A DNA stretch of 62,772 nt, counting the filler, from Stramenopiles sp. TOSAG23-2 (Eukaryota), in the NCBI GenBank assembly GCA_900128395.1. It is 17 parts of 17 records of this genome, joined end to end, with 100 filler letters (N's around TTAATTAATTAA, not from the genome) between each part and the next. Parts side by side here need not be neighbours in the genome. Positions count along the whole stretch, not along the records: positions 1 to 5,285 come from LT650701.1; positions 5,386 to 10,651 come from LT650702.1; positions 10,752 to 16,012 come from LT650703.1; 14 more parts are not named here. One strand, written 5' to 3'. Both the position numbers and the translations under genes were made by a program. This document shows, piece by piece, positions 1-10,752 of the stretch; position 1 is the first letter of the stretch; every line of letters begins with the position of its first letter. The notes under the pieces are model-generated. The model ran no database searches, was not told the origin of the DNA, and saw only the letters and a program-made list of their open reading frames with translations.

Positions 1-88
1 ATACAGAAGATAGAGAACAACAACATTCTACATTTCCTTTTATTCAAAAGAACAACAACAACAAAAGTAACAATAGAAAGTTAGATGG

Positions 89-619
89 ATGAAATTGCTG
101 TTAAGAATAATACCAAATGTATTAGCAATCATAGGAATTGTTATGTTGTATATGCAATACGATAGATATCGTTATAGAAATAATTTTTATAAAAACATTA
201 GAAGAAATAATAATTACAACCAACATGGAAACATAAATTGGAAAGAAAAATATTTAACCAAGTCTGTAAAAAAATGTAAAAAAAACGATGACAAAGCTAT
301 ATTATGCTTGAATAGCTCGCAAATATCGAATCAAGGTGTATTTTCGAAAAGAGATATACCCTGCAATAGTATTATCGGTATCGGAATTGAAAATGTCAAA
401 AATCTTTTTGGGATAAATTTTGAAATAACTAATCTTGGTACAAAAATAAATCATTGTGCTAAAGATACCAATGTGTTTTTGGAGATCGACCAGGAGAAAG
501 GGGATGTCTACTTCATTGTCACCATGAAAAATATTAGCGCTAATACCGAATTATTTTTAAATTATAGAACTCTACCATATTTTATTTACGATGCATCGTG
601 GCATTTTAAAGATTGTTGA
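89..619 (+). CDS. Minimal SET-domain protein (vSET-like) with N-terminal hydrophobic anchor
   Basis: SET motifs in order: SSQISNQGVFSKRDI (GxG/F-A-x-x-x-I), INHC (NHS motif), K-N-I-x-A-x-T-ELFLNY (ELxFDY motif). N-terminal VLAIIGIVMLY is hydrophobic. Confidence 0.7.
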   Translation: MKLLLRIIPNVLAIIGIVMLYMQYDRYRYRNNFYKNIRRNNNYNQHGNINWKEKYLTKSVKKCKKNDDKAILCLNSSQISNQGVFSKRDIPCNSIIGIGIENVKNLFGINFEITNLGTKINHCAKDTNVFLEIDQEKGDVYFIVTMKNISANTELFLNYRTLPYFIYDASWHFKDC

Positions 620-748
620 AGATATCTCGATTTGAGTGTGTGTGATAAATTAACATATATCATATTAGTCACTTAAAATATATAGTCATATATGATATGA
701 TATGTATCATAATGATATATTATTTCTCTTACTCATATACTATATAAA

Positions 749-952
749 TTTCTTTTACTCCCGGAAGTTAACATCTCAAATCAAAAATGATTTAAATACT
801 CATATCATATATATATATATAAGTTATGCACTAATTATTAGTGCATAACTTTCTTTTACTCCCGGAAGTTAACATCTCAAATCAAAAATGATTTAAATAC
901 TCATATCATATATATATATATAAGTTATGCACTAATTATTAGTGCATAACTT
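749..952. repeat. Exact ~101-bp tandem duplication containing a 31-nt perfect hairpin
   Basis: TCTTTTACTCCCGGAAG... starts at 751 and again at 852. Each copy ends in AAGTTATGCACTAAT-T-ATTAGTGCATAACTT (821-851 and 922-952). Confidence 0.9.
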
Positions 953-1120
953 ACTAATTAAAAATTATATTTTTTTTTTAAATTATACGTACGTCGTACA
1001 TATACGTTCGTACGAGCTCGCTCGTATATTTTAACACGTGTACATTCGTAGATAAATTAAAATTTAAATGCTTAAATTTTTAATCGTACCAGGTAGTAGT
1101 TATCTACGTACTCATATCAT

Positions 1121-1430
1121 ACCACAATCACGTCCCTACTTTCCACCATCAGGATTTTTTAACTGATTTGGATTAACTTTGTACAATCTATGCAATAATC
1201 TTAAGCCTTGTACAACTTGATTACAATCAGAAGATGAAGGGGATTCTAGATCTGCAAAAGAAGCGGAATTGCTCTACCACAATCACGTCCCTACTTTCCA
1301 CCATCAGGATTTTTTAACTGATTTGGATTAACTTTGTACAATCTATGCAATAATCTTAAGCCTTGTACAACTTGATTACAATCAGAAGATGAAGGGGATT
1401 CTAGATCTGCAAAAGAAGCGGAATTGCTCT
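1121..1430. repeat. Exact 155-bp tandem duplication of the 3' end of the ARM-repeat gene
   Basis: ACCACAATCACGTCCCTAC...GGAATTGCTCT occurs at 1121-1275 and 1276-1430. It duplicates the last ~45 codons and the stop. Confidence 0.92.
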
Positions 1431-4400
1431 TTTTCTTTTTATTAGCATTCCCTGTATGTTCCAAGTAAAATGCGCGATCAGCTTTTGCTTTTCCAGTTAT
1501 GGAACTATGTCCGCCTGATCGTCTACCGACAGTTATCGAACGTAGATTATCCAAAAATATGGTTTTCTTTACTTTCCCTTTCTTATTGCAAAATTGTAAA
1601 GAATCCCAAGTTTCCGAGCATTTTATGGTATACTTTGATTTTCCAGAACTCCAATCGACAACTTTGAAGGTACCGCTCAAAAAACTTTCTCTAAATTCTG
1701 CGAAATGGTCTAAATTATCATGTGATTCTAAATGCGAGATCATATTCTTGCTACTGGTATTGCTAGCTTTCGGCTTATCCCCTAATTCTCTTTGACTTTC
1801 TATAGTCAAAATAGCACTTTCAGCATTCTGCACAATCTCAGCATTACCATCGCTTCCCCTATATGCATCTGCACAATGTTTCAACACTTCTATTCCACCT
1901 TTCTCCGTCAAAATATGAGCATGCTCAGAGCTGCCCGTACCAATGTTGTCTAAGGAATGAATAGCTTGCAATACCAACTGTTCATCTTCAGGGTGTTGAC
2001 TTACAGCATCGATAACGAAATCGATACCTCCAAATTGGACTATGTCATTTAAAACAGCATCGTGTAACGCAAATTGTCCTAGTAGTGTCATGATTTTTGA
2101 TAAAATATGCGGATCATCAGCAAATTTTTCATTACAATTAATAATTTCACTCATACCGGTTAATGCGACTTTTTCAACATACTTATCATTGCATGCTAGG
2201 CGAATTAATGTATTTAATAGCTCAATGAGGAATACTTTATTCGATCCATGCGATTGCATTAGGCTATACAATGTGTCCAAACCATTCTCTTCAATCAAAA
2301 TTTCTTGCTCTTCCTCGTGTTGCAAAAATATTGTAATCGATGATTGCGCATTTAAAAGAAATTCATCGTTGTCAGCATGTTGCAGCATAGCAGCAAGCAA
2401 GTTCGGGACAATCTCTTCCTCTGCTATAGAGACCAAAATTTCTGGAAAGTAGCACATTGCATGGATTAAATGTGCAATATGCTCCATGATGCCTATATGC
2501 CAATCATATTTGCGTATTGTATTTGACATGCATTCTACAATTCCAGCTGGGACTAAATACTCGTGGCATAAGTCTTCTTCCATTGTCATTGCACTTATAA
2601 CATCCCAGCATGATTCAATTAATTGGATATCTTTAGAACTATTCAATACAGACATTACGCATTCACTAGTTCCTTGCTGCAGCATCATTTTATGAAGAGT
2701 TAATTCGTGGTTTTCATCTTCAACACTGGCCAAATTAGCCAACACGTCTATTGCTATACCTACCACAGTCGGATCACTGCGGTGAAATTCTATACATTTG
2801 ACAACTGTAGCAGCACATTCATTTTCCAATAACCATTTGATATTTTCATCGATACTTGCAAGGTTCCCAACAGCTCTCATGGCAGCCTGCTGTATCGGTT
2901 TGTGCTCATTATGCCGTTTAATAACGTCCACAATCTCATCACCACACGTTAAACCAATATCTTTCTTTATGTCGTCATTCCCATACATCAAGTTACTTAC
3001 TGTAACTAGAGTCAATTCCATAATCCGTTTGCTGTCTGGGAATTGTTGTAAGACTTTTTCGATTAGTTTAATTATACCTTGTTTTGTCATCAACTCTATT
3101 GCTGGAACATAGTCATATGCAAAATTACCATACGATGCCACCGCTTCTTTTGTAAAGACTTCATCCATATTGTTGGAATGTGCATGCATTAAGAGTTGTA
3201 TAATATTGCTCTCAGCGACTTTCACTTTGTAAGATTCAATCGCAGCAAATCTAGCCGACATTATCGCACATTCTATTTCACATTTTCGTCGTTGCTCTAA
3301 AACTTGCTGATCCTCGATTGTTTTAGAAATCAACTTATGAAGCGTTCTTGATATGATGATGATGCCATTGTTATTTGATATTTTATCTAAATTTAATTTA
3401 TTTACAGAAAATTTTCGAAGCGCTTCAAGAATAATTTGTAAATCAGATAGATTATCTGATTGCATCTCAACCGCTTTCAAAAGCAGGCCTAGATTATGTA
3501 CAATTGGAACATTGTTTCTTCCAATGCCTGTCAATAAACTAGACAATCGTAGTAGCGAGGTTTGATTTAATTGCATCAATGGCTTTTCCCACGATGTTGC
3601 ACCCGTCTTTTGGTTTAAGTAATAGACTTTTCCATCTTCCGTCTTCAACTCCTTAATTTTTATGTCCTGCATTTGCAAGTCCTCCAAAACAACTTCCCAT
3701 TGCGCTAATAGAATTTCCTCATTTACGTGGCCCTCTGCTGCTAATGCTGCTGCAACTTGAGACATGTGTGCTAGGGATTTGATGAAGGCAGATCCCATAT
3801 TTATCGAACTTTTGCGATGCTGTGTCGCTTTCTTAATTTTTAAAATTGCTTCAGCGTCTAATCCAATTTCCTCCGGTTCTGCTTCGCTTGTTAACTCTTG
3901 TAAAAGAGCAATGCATTCATTTGCAAAGTCAGTGTTGCCATCATCATCGGATTGATTTGACAGTGCAGCTGCAATCTGTGATGCAATTTTCAAATCTTTT
4001 AATCGATTGTTTACTCGCTTATCTTTTACACCTTTTCTTTCAGATGCAAGTTTATCCTGTGCAACAATTTTGCTTAAAGCGGCAACTGCCTTTTGCGCAC
4101 TAGCTTGGTCATCGGACCCTATCATAAGATCTAGGATATCGAGACCTCCTTCCTCAGCAAAAATTCCAGTGCCTTCATCACCTAACTCTAATGCTCCTAA
4201 TACATTCGCAGCAGCAACACCGCTGTCTCCTGCATCATTATTATTAATAGTATTAACATGTGCACGAACACCTTCTAAGACTTTCTTCACCTCCTCTCGA
4301 TTTTTACTCGATACCTTTACATCGTTTCCTTCTCCGACACGTTTACCAAGTGATTCAATAACTGCAACTTTGGCTGTGTCACTATTTGTCGTTTGTAAAA

Positions 4401-5285
4401 CGTCATTTAGGATAGCTTGGCCATCATTAGTATTTGAAAGATTCTCCACACAAACTTGAAGGGCATTTTTGGTTGGAGTCTTTCGGCGACTTTTTTCCTC
4501 GTTGTCCGTCACTATAGCATTTGCTTCGACTAATTGCACCATTGATTTAGAGTCAATGGAGGATAAATTGTCAGTTGCACTTTTTGTTAATTGGTCCAAG
4601 GATGACTTCGCTATTTGAGCGGTGGTTGCACTAGAATCTTCATTTGAAACAGCAGATAGAATCGCGTCAATGCCTCCGACTTTTGCTGCAGCTTCTACAC
4701 CTTTGGCACCGAGTTGAGACATGGATCCAAGAACACCAAGGGCAGCAGTCTTCGAAGAAGAATCTTTTGAAGTATCATTTAACGCTTTCTGTAAAAGCAA
4801 TTGTTGATTCTCGGATTGTGTCACATCTACGTTTGTAGTTGCCAAGCGTGTCATTAAATTCATACTAGATGTGAGTGCCAGGTTGTACTCCTTCCCTTTG
4901 CCACCAGGAGCTACCAAAACTGCCGACGTGCTTTCTAGTAACTGGTGCGCGCTTTCGCTGGTTTCCGAGTCTAGGGTATTGGCAGCAGCTGACATGGTAG
5001 CAATTGCTGCTACTGCTTTTGCTGCTGTCGCAAATTTTTTACGATTTGACTGTCCTGCAGTATTCATACTATCAAGGCTTATTTGGGATGCTTCCAATTG
5101 ACCCGCTAAATCGGACTTGGTAACATACTTTCCTAAAATAGCCGATGCTTTTTCAACCAATGCTTCGTTGGTAGAATTCAATTGCATAGCTTCTATAATA
5201 TATTTCGACGCCTTTCCTTTGTCTAAACCTTCCGTTTGACTTACATTTTCCAATAAATTGAGGCAATCCATAGTTGCCCTTTCAT
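1291..5285 (-). CDS. Large armadillo-repeat protein with a WW domain and C-terminal PH-like domain (5'-truncated)
   Basis: Many ARM-like repeats (GGIDAIL, AAMRAVGNLA, GGIDFVIDAV). WW-like EDGKVYYLNQKTGATSWEKP. The C-terminus IFLDNLRSITVG...RAFYLE...DLESPSSSDCNQVVQGLRLL is PH-like. The frame is open up to the linker. Confidence 0.8.
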
Positions 5286-5385
5286 NNNNNNNNNNNNNNN
5301 NNNNNNNNNNNNNNNNNNNNNNNNNNNNNTTAATTAATTAANNNNNNNNNNNNNNNNNNNNNNNNNNNNNNNNNNNNNNNNNNNN
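5286..5385. other. Artificial contig-joining linker (44 N + TTAATTAATTAA + 44 N); first of 16
   Basis: Identical 100-nt linkers also lie at 10652-10751, 16013-16112, 21355-21454, 26664-26763, 31965-32064, 37264-37363, 42554-42653, 47841-47940, 53125-53224, 54505-54604, 55885-55984, 57263-57362, 58641-58740, 60019-60118 and 61396-61495. TTAATTAATTAA gives stops in all six frames. Contig lengths fall in order (5285 to 5184, then 1280 to 1277). Confidence 0.98.
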
Positions 5386-5683
5386 AATCAAATTTTATTT
5401 CCGAATTATTTCGTATATCATAATGCTATTCCCGTACTAAATGTGTAAAGTGCTAAACTCTAGCGAGAAAGAGAAAAATCTCTCACACACCACCCACATA
5501 CCCACATACACACGAAAGAGCACTTCGAAAACAAAACAAATTGTTGAAAGAAGAAACAGAAAACAAATTAGAACATTTGAAATTGTATTGCTTTTTAAAA
5601 GAAAGATAGAGAAATAAACGAAAGCTGACATTTTAAGAAACGACCATTTAGAATTAGAAAAGTGCAACAAAAAGAATATACAG

Positions 5684-7900
5684 ATGTTACCAACAGCAGG
5701 AGTAGTATCAACAATAAATAATAATGGTGTCCAAAATGTAAATGCTCCTGATTTTCAAGTAGTACAAGCGCAAGAAGTAGTTGTCACTTCGATAAGTAGT
5801 CCAACAATATCTGGTCCAGGTCCTGTAACACTGTATGGATGGTATGGCTATAATTCTAGATTCAACGCTACTTTTGTAATTGATGGTAGTGATAAATTAA
5901 ATGGCCGCCCCGTCTATCGACATTCGACACAAGACTGGTGTAGATTATACTGGGCACACGGTTACTGGAAAATCGGTCATACAAGTTGGGTTCATGGTGA
6001 TAATGCTATTTGCATAGCTGGTGTCAAAAGTGATGCACTTTTACCTGCTCAAATAAGTTCTCCAGCTATGTGGTATGAACACAAAGGTACAAAACCAGGC
6101 CATGATTTTAGCAAAAATCCAAAAGATTTTAAAGAAGCGGGTATGGTCACCATTGTAGCAGATCCTGCATATACCAACAGCATCAGCGAAGGGGTGGGAG
6201 AGAGCTCTCACCGACCACCCTGTCTCAACGTCTCCGGCGCGGGGAGCCTAGAAGTGAATGGAAGCTACGTATTCGTGCCGGGAGAGCACCCAAATCGAAT
6301 CTTTGGCACTATTGCTGGACATTACCGGCACACTGCGAACCCAGCGATTTTTATTGGCTTCCAGGACTGCCGATCTATGGGTCACCCTGAATGGAACAAG
6401 TGGGTAATATTCACAGAAAAAGGAGTTCGTTATGCCGCACATACCGGCGGGCAAATTGGAGTCCCACCACGCAACGGTCGGTGGGAAACTGTCCATAAGT
6501 GGCCAAGTGGTGTGCAAGAGGCAGGCAATCACCCGGCGCCGATGGTTAACCATAGCAGCGAAGGGTATACATTATCAAGCTCATCTGATAATCCGCCTCC
6601 GTCACTACGAATCACTCATACCAATATGTGGGGAGGAGCTTTTAATGATACATGGAACAGATCTGGTGACTTCAATGGTAGACCGAGATATTCTCGTCGA
6701 GGTAACCCACGTGATTTCATACAATGGGATGGAAGTCGTTGGGTATTATGTGGAACGTGCCCTGGAAAGGATCAACCAGCTTATGTGAATGGTTCTCAAT
6801 CAATGATACCCCCATTGGAAGACTGGTATTGCGAACAAGGGAGTGGCCCAGCACCAGTTTTAAAGTATATGAGTGGCCCAGAAGCTGATGCTTCGCATTT
6901 AATATGGGGTTTGTACGATGCAATTGAGAAACAAGATGATCCACGGGCTTTAAAAATTATAGCAAGTGCTCCTGGCAATGTGAATAAAGCGCTAGATAAG
7001 AAAAAGGATGGTGATCAAAATGGTATATGTGGTGCTGTATGTTGTGCTATGGTTTGTTGGCCGTTATATGCAATTTTATCTTTGCCTATTGCACTAGGTC
7101 CACTAGGCCGTGGACGAAATCATGGCTGCCATTGGTACTTTAAATTTTGGTTTGGCCTTGTAATAGCTTGGGTTGGATATCTTCAACTAGTCAAATTTGG
7201 TGATGGGCACATAAATGTTTTTTTATATATATATGGGGTGACGATTTATACTTGGACTAATTACATTATGAATTTTAATCGAGAAACACCATTAAATAAA
7301 GCAGCTGAGCAAGGGCAAACTGAAGTGATACGGCAACTGATTGCCAAAGGTGCTGACGTTAACTTAAAAGCTGCAGGGGGTACTTCAGCACTCCATATAG
7401 CTGCAGCAAATGGGCACAGCGAGATTGTGGATATTTTATTAGCTGCTGGAGCTGATCCAAATGCATCCACAAAATGTTGCGGGACTGAATGTACGCCATA
7501 CTTTTGTGCCGCATGTTGTTGTTCACCAAAAACCATACGGCCAGAAATGAAAAAGGGTAGAAGAGGATTTAACATGTGCTTGGCGTTAACGATTTTTTAC
7601 TTTTTATTACTAATGGCTTTCGATGTTCCTATTGAAGTTCAAAAAGTAGATCGTGGGAAGAGCTGTCGAATAGATGTACCATCCAGTCGTAATGGAAGAG
7701 ATAAATGCTTAGAATATGGAAACCGAGATCCCCAAAATGATTGTTGTACACTCAAAGGAAGCGGATCATGTGCCGATGGTTGGTACCTCACAGAGTTATA
7801 CAATCAATGTGGTAATGTATATCGTTTACCAGGGCTTGTTTTGACGGAAATATGCTGTTCTCCTCCTGAAAGTTGGTACAACAAGACGGAAAACAGGTAA
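5684..7900 (+). CDS. Membrane protein with three Trp/Gly-rich beta modules, ankyrin repeats, TM helices and a Cys-rich tail
   Basis: Three modules share N-G/R-R-P-x-Y...W...PP..W...PAP. Ankyrin repeats ETPLNKAAEQGQTEVIRQLIAKGADVN and TSALHIAAANGHSEIVDILLAAGADPN. Several hydrophobic segments. Confidence 0.75.
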   Translation: MLPTAGVVSTINNNGVQNVNAPDFQVVQAQEVVVTSISSPTISGPGPVTLYGWYGYNSRFNATFVIDGSDKLNGRPVYRHSTQDWCRLYWAHGYWKIGHTSWVHGDNAICIAGVKSDALLPAQISSPAMWYEHKGTKPGHDFSKNPKDFKEAGMVTIVADPAYTNSISEGVGESSHRPPCLNVSGAGSLEVNGSYVFVPGEHPNRIFGTIAGHYRHTANPAIFIGFQDCRSMGHPEWNKWVIFTEKGVRYAAHTGGQIGVPPRNGRWETVHKWPSGVQEAGNHPAPMVNHSSEGYTLSSSSDNPPPSLRITHTNMWGGAFNDTWNRSGDFNGRPRYSRRGNPRDFIQWDGSRWVLCGTCPGKDQPAYVNGSQSMIPPLEDWYCEQGSGPAPVLKYMSGPEADASHLIWGLYDAIEKQDDPRALKIIASAPGNVNKALDKKKDGDQNGICGAVCCAMVCWPLYAILSLPIALGPLGRGRNHGCHWYFKFWFGLVIAWVGYLQLVKFGDGHINVFLYIYGVTIYTWTNYIMNFNRETPLNKAAEQGQTEVIRQLIAKGADVNLKAAGGTSALHIAAANGHSEIVDILLAAGADPNASTKCCGTECTPYFCAACCCSPKTIRPEMKKGRRGFNMCLALTIFYFLLLMAFDVPIEVQKVDRGKSCRIDVPSSRNGRDKCLEYGNRDPQNDCCTLKGSGSCADGWYLTELYNQCGNVYRLPGLVLTEICCSPPESWYNKTENR

Positions 7901-8455
7901 AACTCTAGTTGTGGATTTATTAAAACTAGTTGTATTTATAATTCTGACTTGTAAGGGGAGAAATATTTGTAGGAAATAGGAAATACGTATGATACGAAGC
8001 GTATCATATGCCCGAGACCATCACTAGGAATATATTATAAGTGAGTCATGCGTATCAATAGAAATAAAAGAAATTAAATTTATATTTTTATTTCGAGAAG
8101 TAAAATTATTATATAAATTTAGTTCGTAGATTTTAACCATCATAAATTTATATTTATTTTAATAAAATTTGCCTGCTGGGTATATAAAAATAAAAAAGAC
8201 ATTAAAAAGTTTTTACTTGTTGGTTGTCGTCTCTCACACCAATTCCTAAACATTTTGAAATAATTTCAACCATGGACCGACTGGTCCAAATTTTGGGAGA
8301 GTATTAAATCAAAAAACTTTTTAATATTTTTTTTTTACGAACCCGTAATATAAAAAAACAATATTATACGTTAAAAATATATACACAATGTATTGATATG
8401 TTCGTATGATATGACATATCATATCATATCTCTAATTTTACACACACACTTTATT

Positions 8456-10147
8456 TTACACCTTATGAAATTTAATACCATGTACATTGCCATATTCTTC
8501 ATGAAATTCCATGAATTTGGTTAATAATTGAACAACATCTTGATCATCTTTACTCATATTACCTTGGTCGAAAAGTTTAATGTACAATTTTCGAAAATGC
8601 ACATGTTCGTTTTCACCTTCTATAACATTCTCAACTAATTGACCTCCCCATGTAGATGATAAAATTTCTTCGCCCATATCAGATGTTCCTAAACAGAGTT
8701 TTTTTTTAACAATTGGTGTTAAATTAAAATCTGAATATTCATTACAAAGCTTCTTTATGAAGCCATTAAATTTCCATTCACTTTTACTTGCTATTAAAAT
8801 TTGTTTTGATAAAACATTACTATCATCCTTATTTTTATCTTGTTGAGCTTTATTCAATTTTGCTTTGTTATTATTTTTTTTCTTATTTTTAAATTTTTTC
8901 ATAGCATTGTTACGTATGTTGTCTCGCGTACGAGTTTGATTTCTATTATTATCTCTGGACATACGTGCAGCTTTTTCTTTCATTTCTTCTTCCTTTTTTC
9001 TTTTTCTTTCTTCTTCTTCAGCAGGATCTATTTCTTTCAATTGCTGTGCCATTATTATATATACTTCAATATCATTTAATTCCATATATTCATATGCTAC
9101 ATTTACAAACATATTTTTATCATACAAAATATCAATAACATTTTGTATACCTTCATATCCTTCAACTTCTTTCTGATTATATCCAACCCTAGGGGAACGT
9201 TTGCCTGTATTTGGATTTTTAATTGGAATGACAAAGTTATCTATAGGCAAAGGTATGTTTGATATACCAAGTTTCCCAATATTATCATATCTTTTAAAAT
9301 AACAACGCATTTTATCGTATATTGATAAATTATGCCAAAATTTGTATGATTTTAAGATGAATTGCATATGTTTTAATTCTTTTTCAGCATTATAATGAAA
9401 TTTTTTAGCAAAGTAATCAACCATTTGTATGTCAACATGATTTACACCTTCTTTTACAATAGTTTTATCTAAATTTAATGTTTGATATACAATGGTATTG
9501 AATATTAATTTTGACGTGACTTTTTGGCTTTCCAGCGGATCTAATGGATTACTAAAATATTGATTAAAAAACATTTCTTCATGTACTACATACATTTCAG
9601 CTATCAAGGATGAAGTACAACTTGCAGTTTCATCAATAACTCTTAAATTTTCATGGACTATAAAATCATACGATCCGATATCTTTGTGGCAATCTACTAT
9701 TGAATATACAAATGGTTTCAAAAAATTTAATTCTGGTATCAAAATAGAATGATTGCATAAATTAACACGGCCAATTTCTATTTTATCCTTATGTTGTTGT
9801 TGTAGCGCAATTAAGTCATCCAAAAAAAATAAGTCTTTTTGCAAAATATTTAACGAACGCAATAAATCACGCATGATTCCATTAATTTCAAAATCAGCAG
9901 ATACTATTGGCAATACAGCAAAAACATGGCGATGTCCTTCTTTTCGTATTAATTTGTAATACGTTGATGATAAATAATATGCCCGAAGTAAGACAGATAT
10001 AATAGAATCAAGGTCTGCAACTGGTGCACCAACTACAAAGTCTGCCAGTATTTTATTCTTATCATTGTAAATGCTGTTGTTATTTGACAAGACAATGTTA
10101 TTTAAAAGTTTCCTACTATCTAATATATATTCATGGAAGGTTAACAT
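8456..10147 (-). CDS. DHH/DHHA2 exopolyphosphatase (PPX1/PRUNE-like) with degenerate catalytic motifs
   Basis: GAPVADLDSIIS (cf. GNxSADLDS), VNLCNHS (cf. LVDHN), IVDCH (cf. IIDHH), SCTSSLIAE, FDQGN near the C-terminus. Confidence 0.7.
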   Translation of the reverse strand: MLTFHEYILDSRKLLNNIVLSNNNSIYNDKNKILADFVVGAPVADLDSIISVLLRAYYLSSTYYKLIRKEGHRHVFAVLPIVSADFEINGIMRDLLRSLNILQKDLFFLDDLIALQQQHKDKIEIGRVNLCNHSILIPELNFLKPFVYSIVDCHKDIGSYDFIVHENLRVIDETASCTSSLIAEMYVVHEEMFFNQYFSNPLDPLESQKVTSKLIFNTIVYQTLNLDKTIVKEGVNHVDIQMVDYFAKKFHYNAEKELKHMQFILKSYKFWHNLSIYDKMRCYFKRYDNIGKLGISNIPLPIDNFVIPIKNPNTGKRSPRVGYNQKEVEGYEGIQNVIDILYDKNMFVNVAYEYMELNDIEVYIIMAQQLKEIDPAEEEERKRKKEEEMKEKAARMSRDNNRNQTRTRDNIRNNAMKKFKNKKKNNNKAKLNKAQQDKNKDDSNVLSKQILIASKSEWKFNGFIKKLCNEYSDFNLTPIVKKKLCLGTSDMGEEILSSTWGGQLVENVIEGENEHVHFRKLYIKLFDQGNMSKDDQDVVQLLTKFMEFHEEYGNVHGIKFHKV

Positions 10148-10752
10148 GTCTTTACTTTTTTATTTGATAGACACGGTGTATTAACGGAAATTATTTTGAT
10201 TTCTGTAATATGTTAGCGTTGTGGGGAAAATTTTGTTATATTGCTTGTGGTTTTTTCGTTTTATATACATTACGTTGAATAACAGTCTATAATTATTATT
10301 ATTTATATGCATATTCTTACTACTGGCATATCAACATCATTCTATTTTAAAATTTGACACCATTACTGTATGTGCTTATTATATTATTACACATGCTGGC
10401 ATGGCACACATCATAATACAGTTTTTTAGATTGTGAGCAGTTGAGCCAGTCTCTGGTTGAGCAGAAAAAAAAGGCTAAAAGGCTGTAATTGGTTTCCTAT
10501 CAATTTTATTATTAAGTACAAAATTTTGTAGTGTAAAATATTTTGTAAAATGGCAATCATCATGTACTTTTTTTTCCAGCTTTCTTCTTCCAGGTATCTT
10601 CTTTATCTTTGTATATCTTAAACGAATAAACGAAATGGGAGGAGACGATAANNNNNNNNNNNNNNNNNNNNNNNNNNNNNNNNNNNNNNNNNNNNTTAAT
10701 TAATTAANNNNNNNNNNNNNNNNNNNNNNNNNNNNNNNNNNNNNNNNNNNNG

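Noticed and set aside
1470-5101. Numerous antisense and alternative-frame ORFs over the ARM gene, and similarly over the other long genes
   Set aside because: They are shadow ORFs of the real coding strand with no recognisable motifs.
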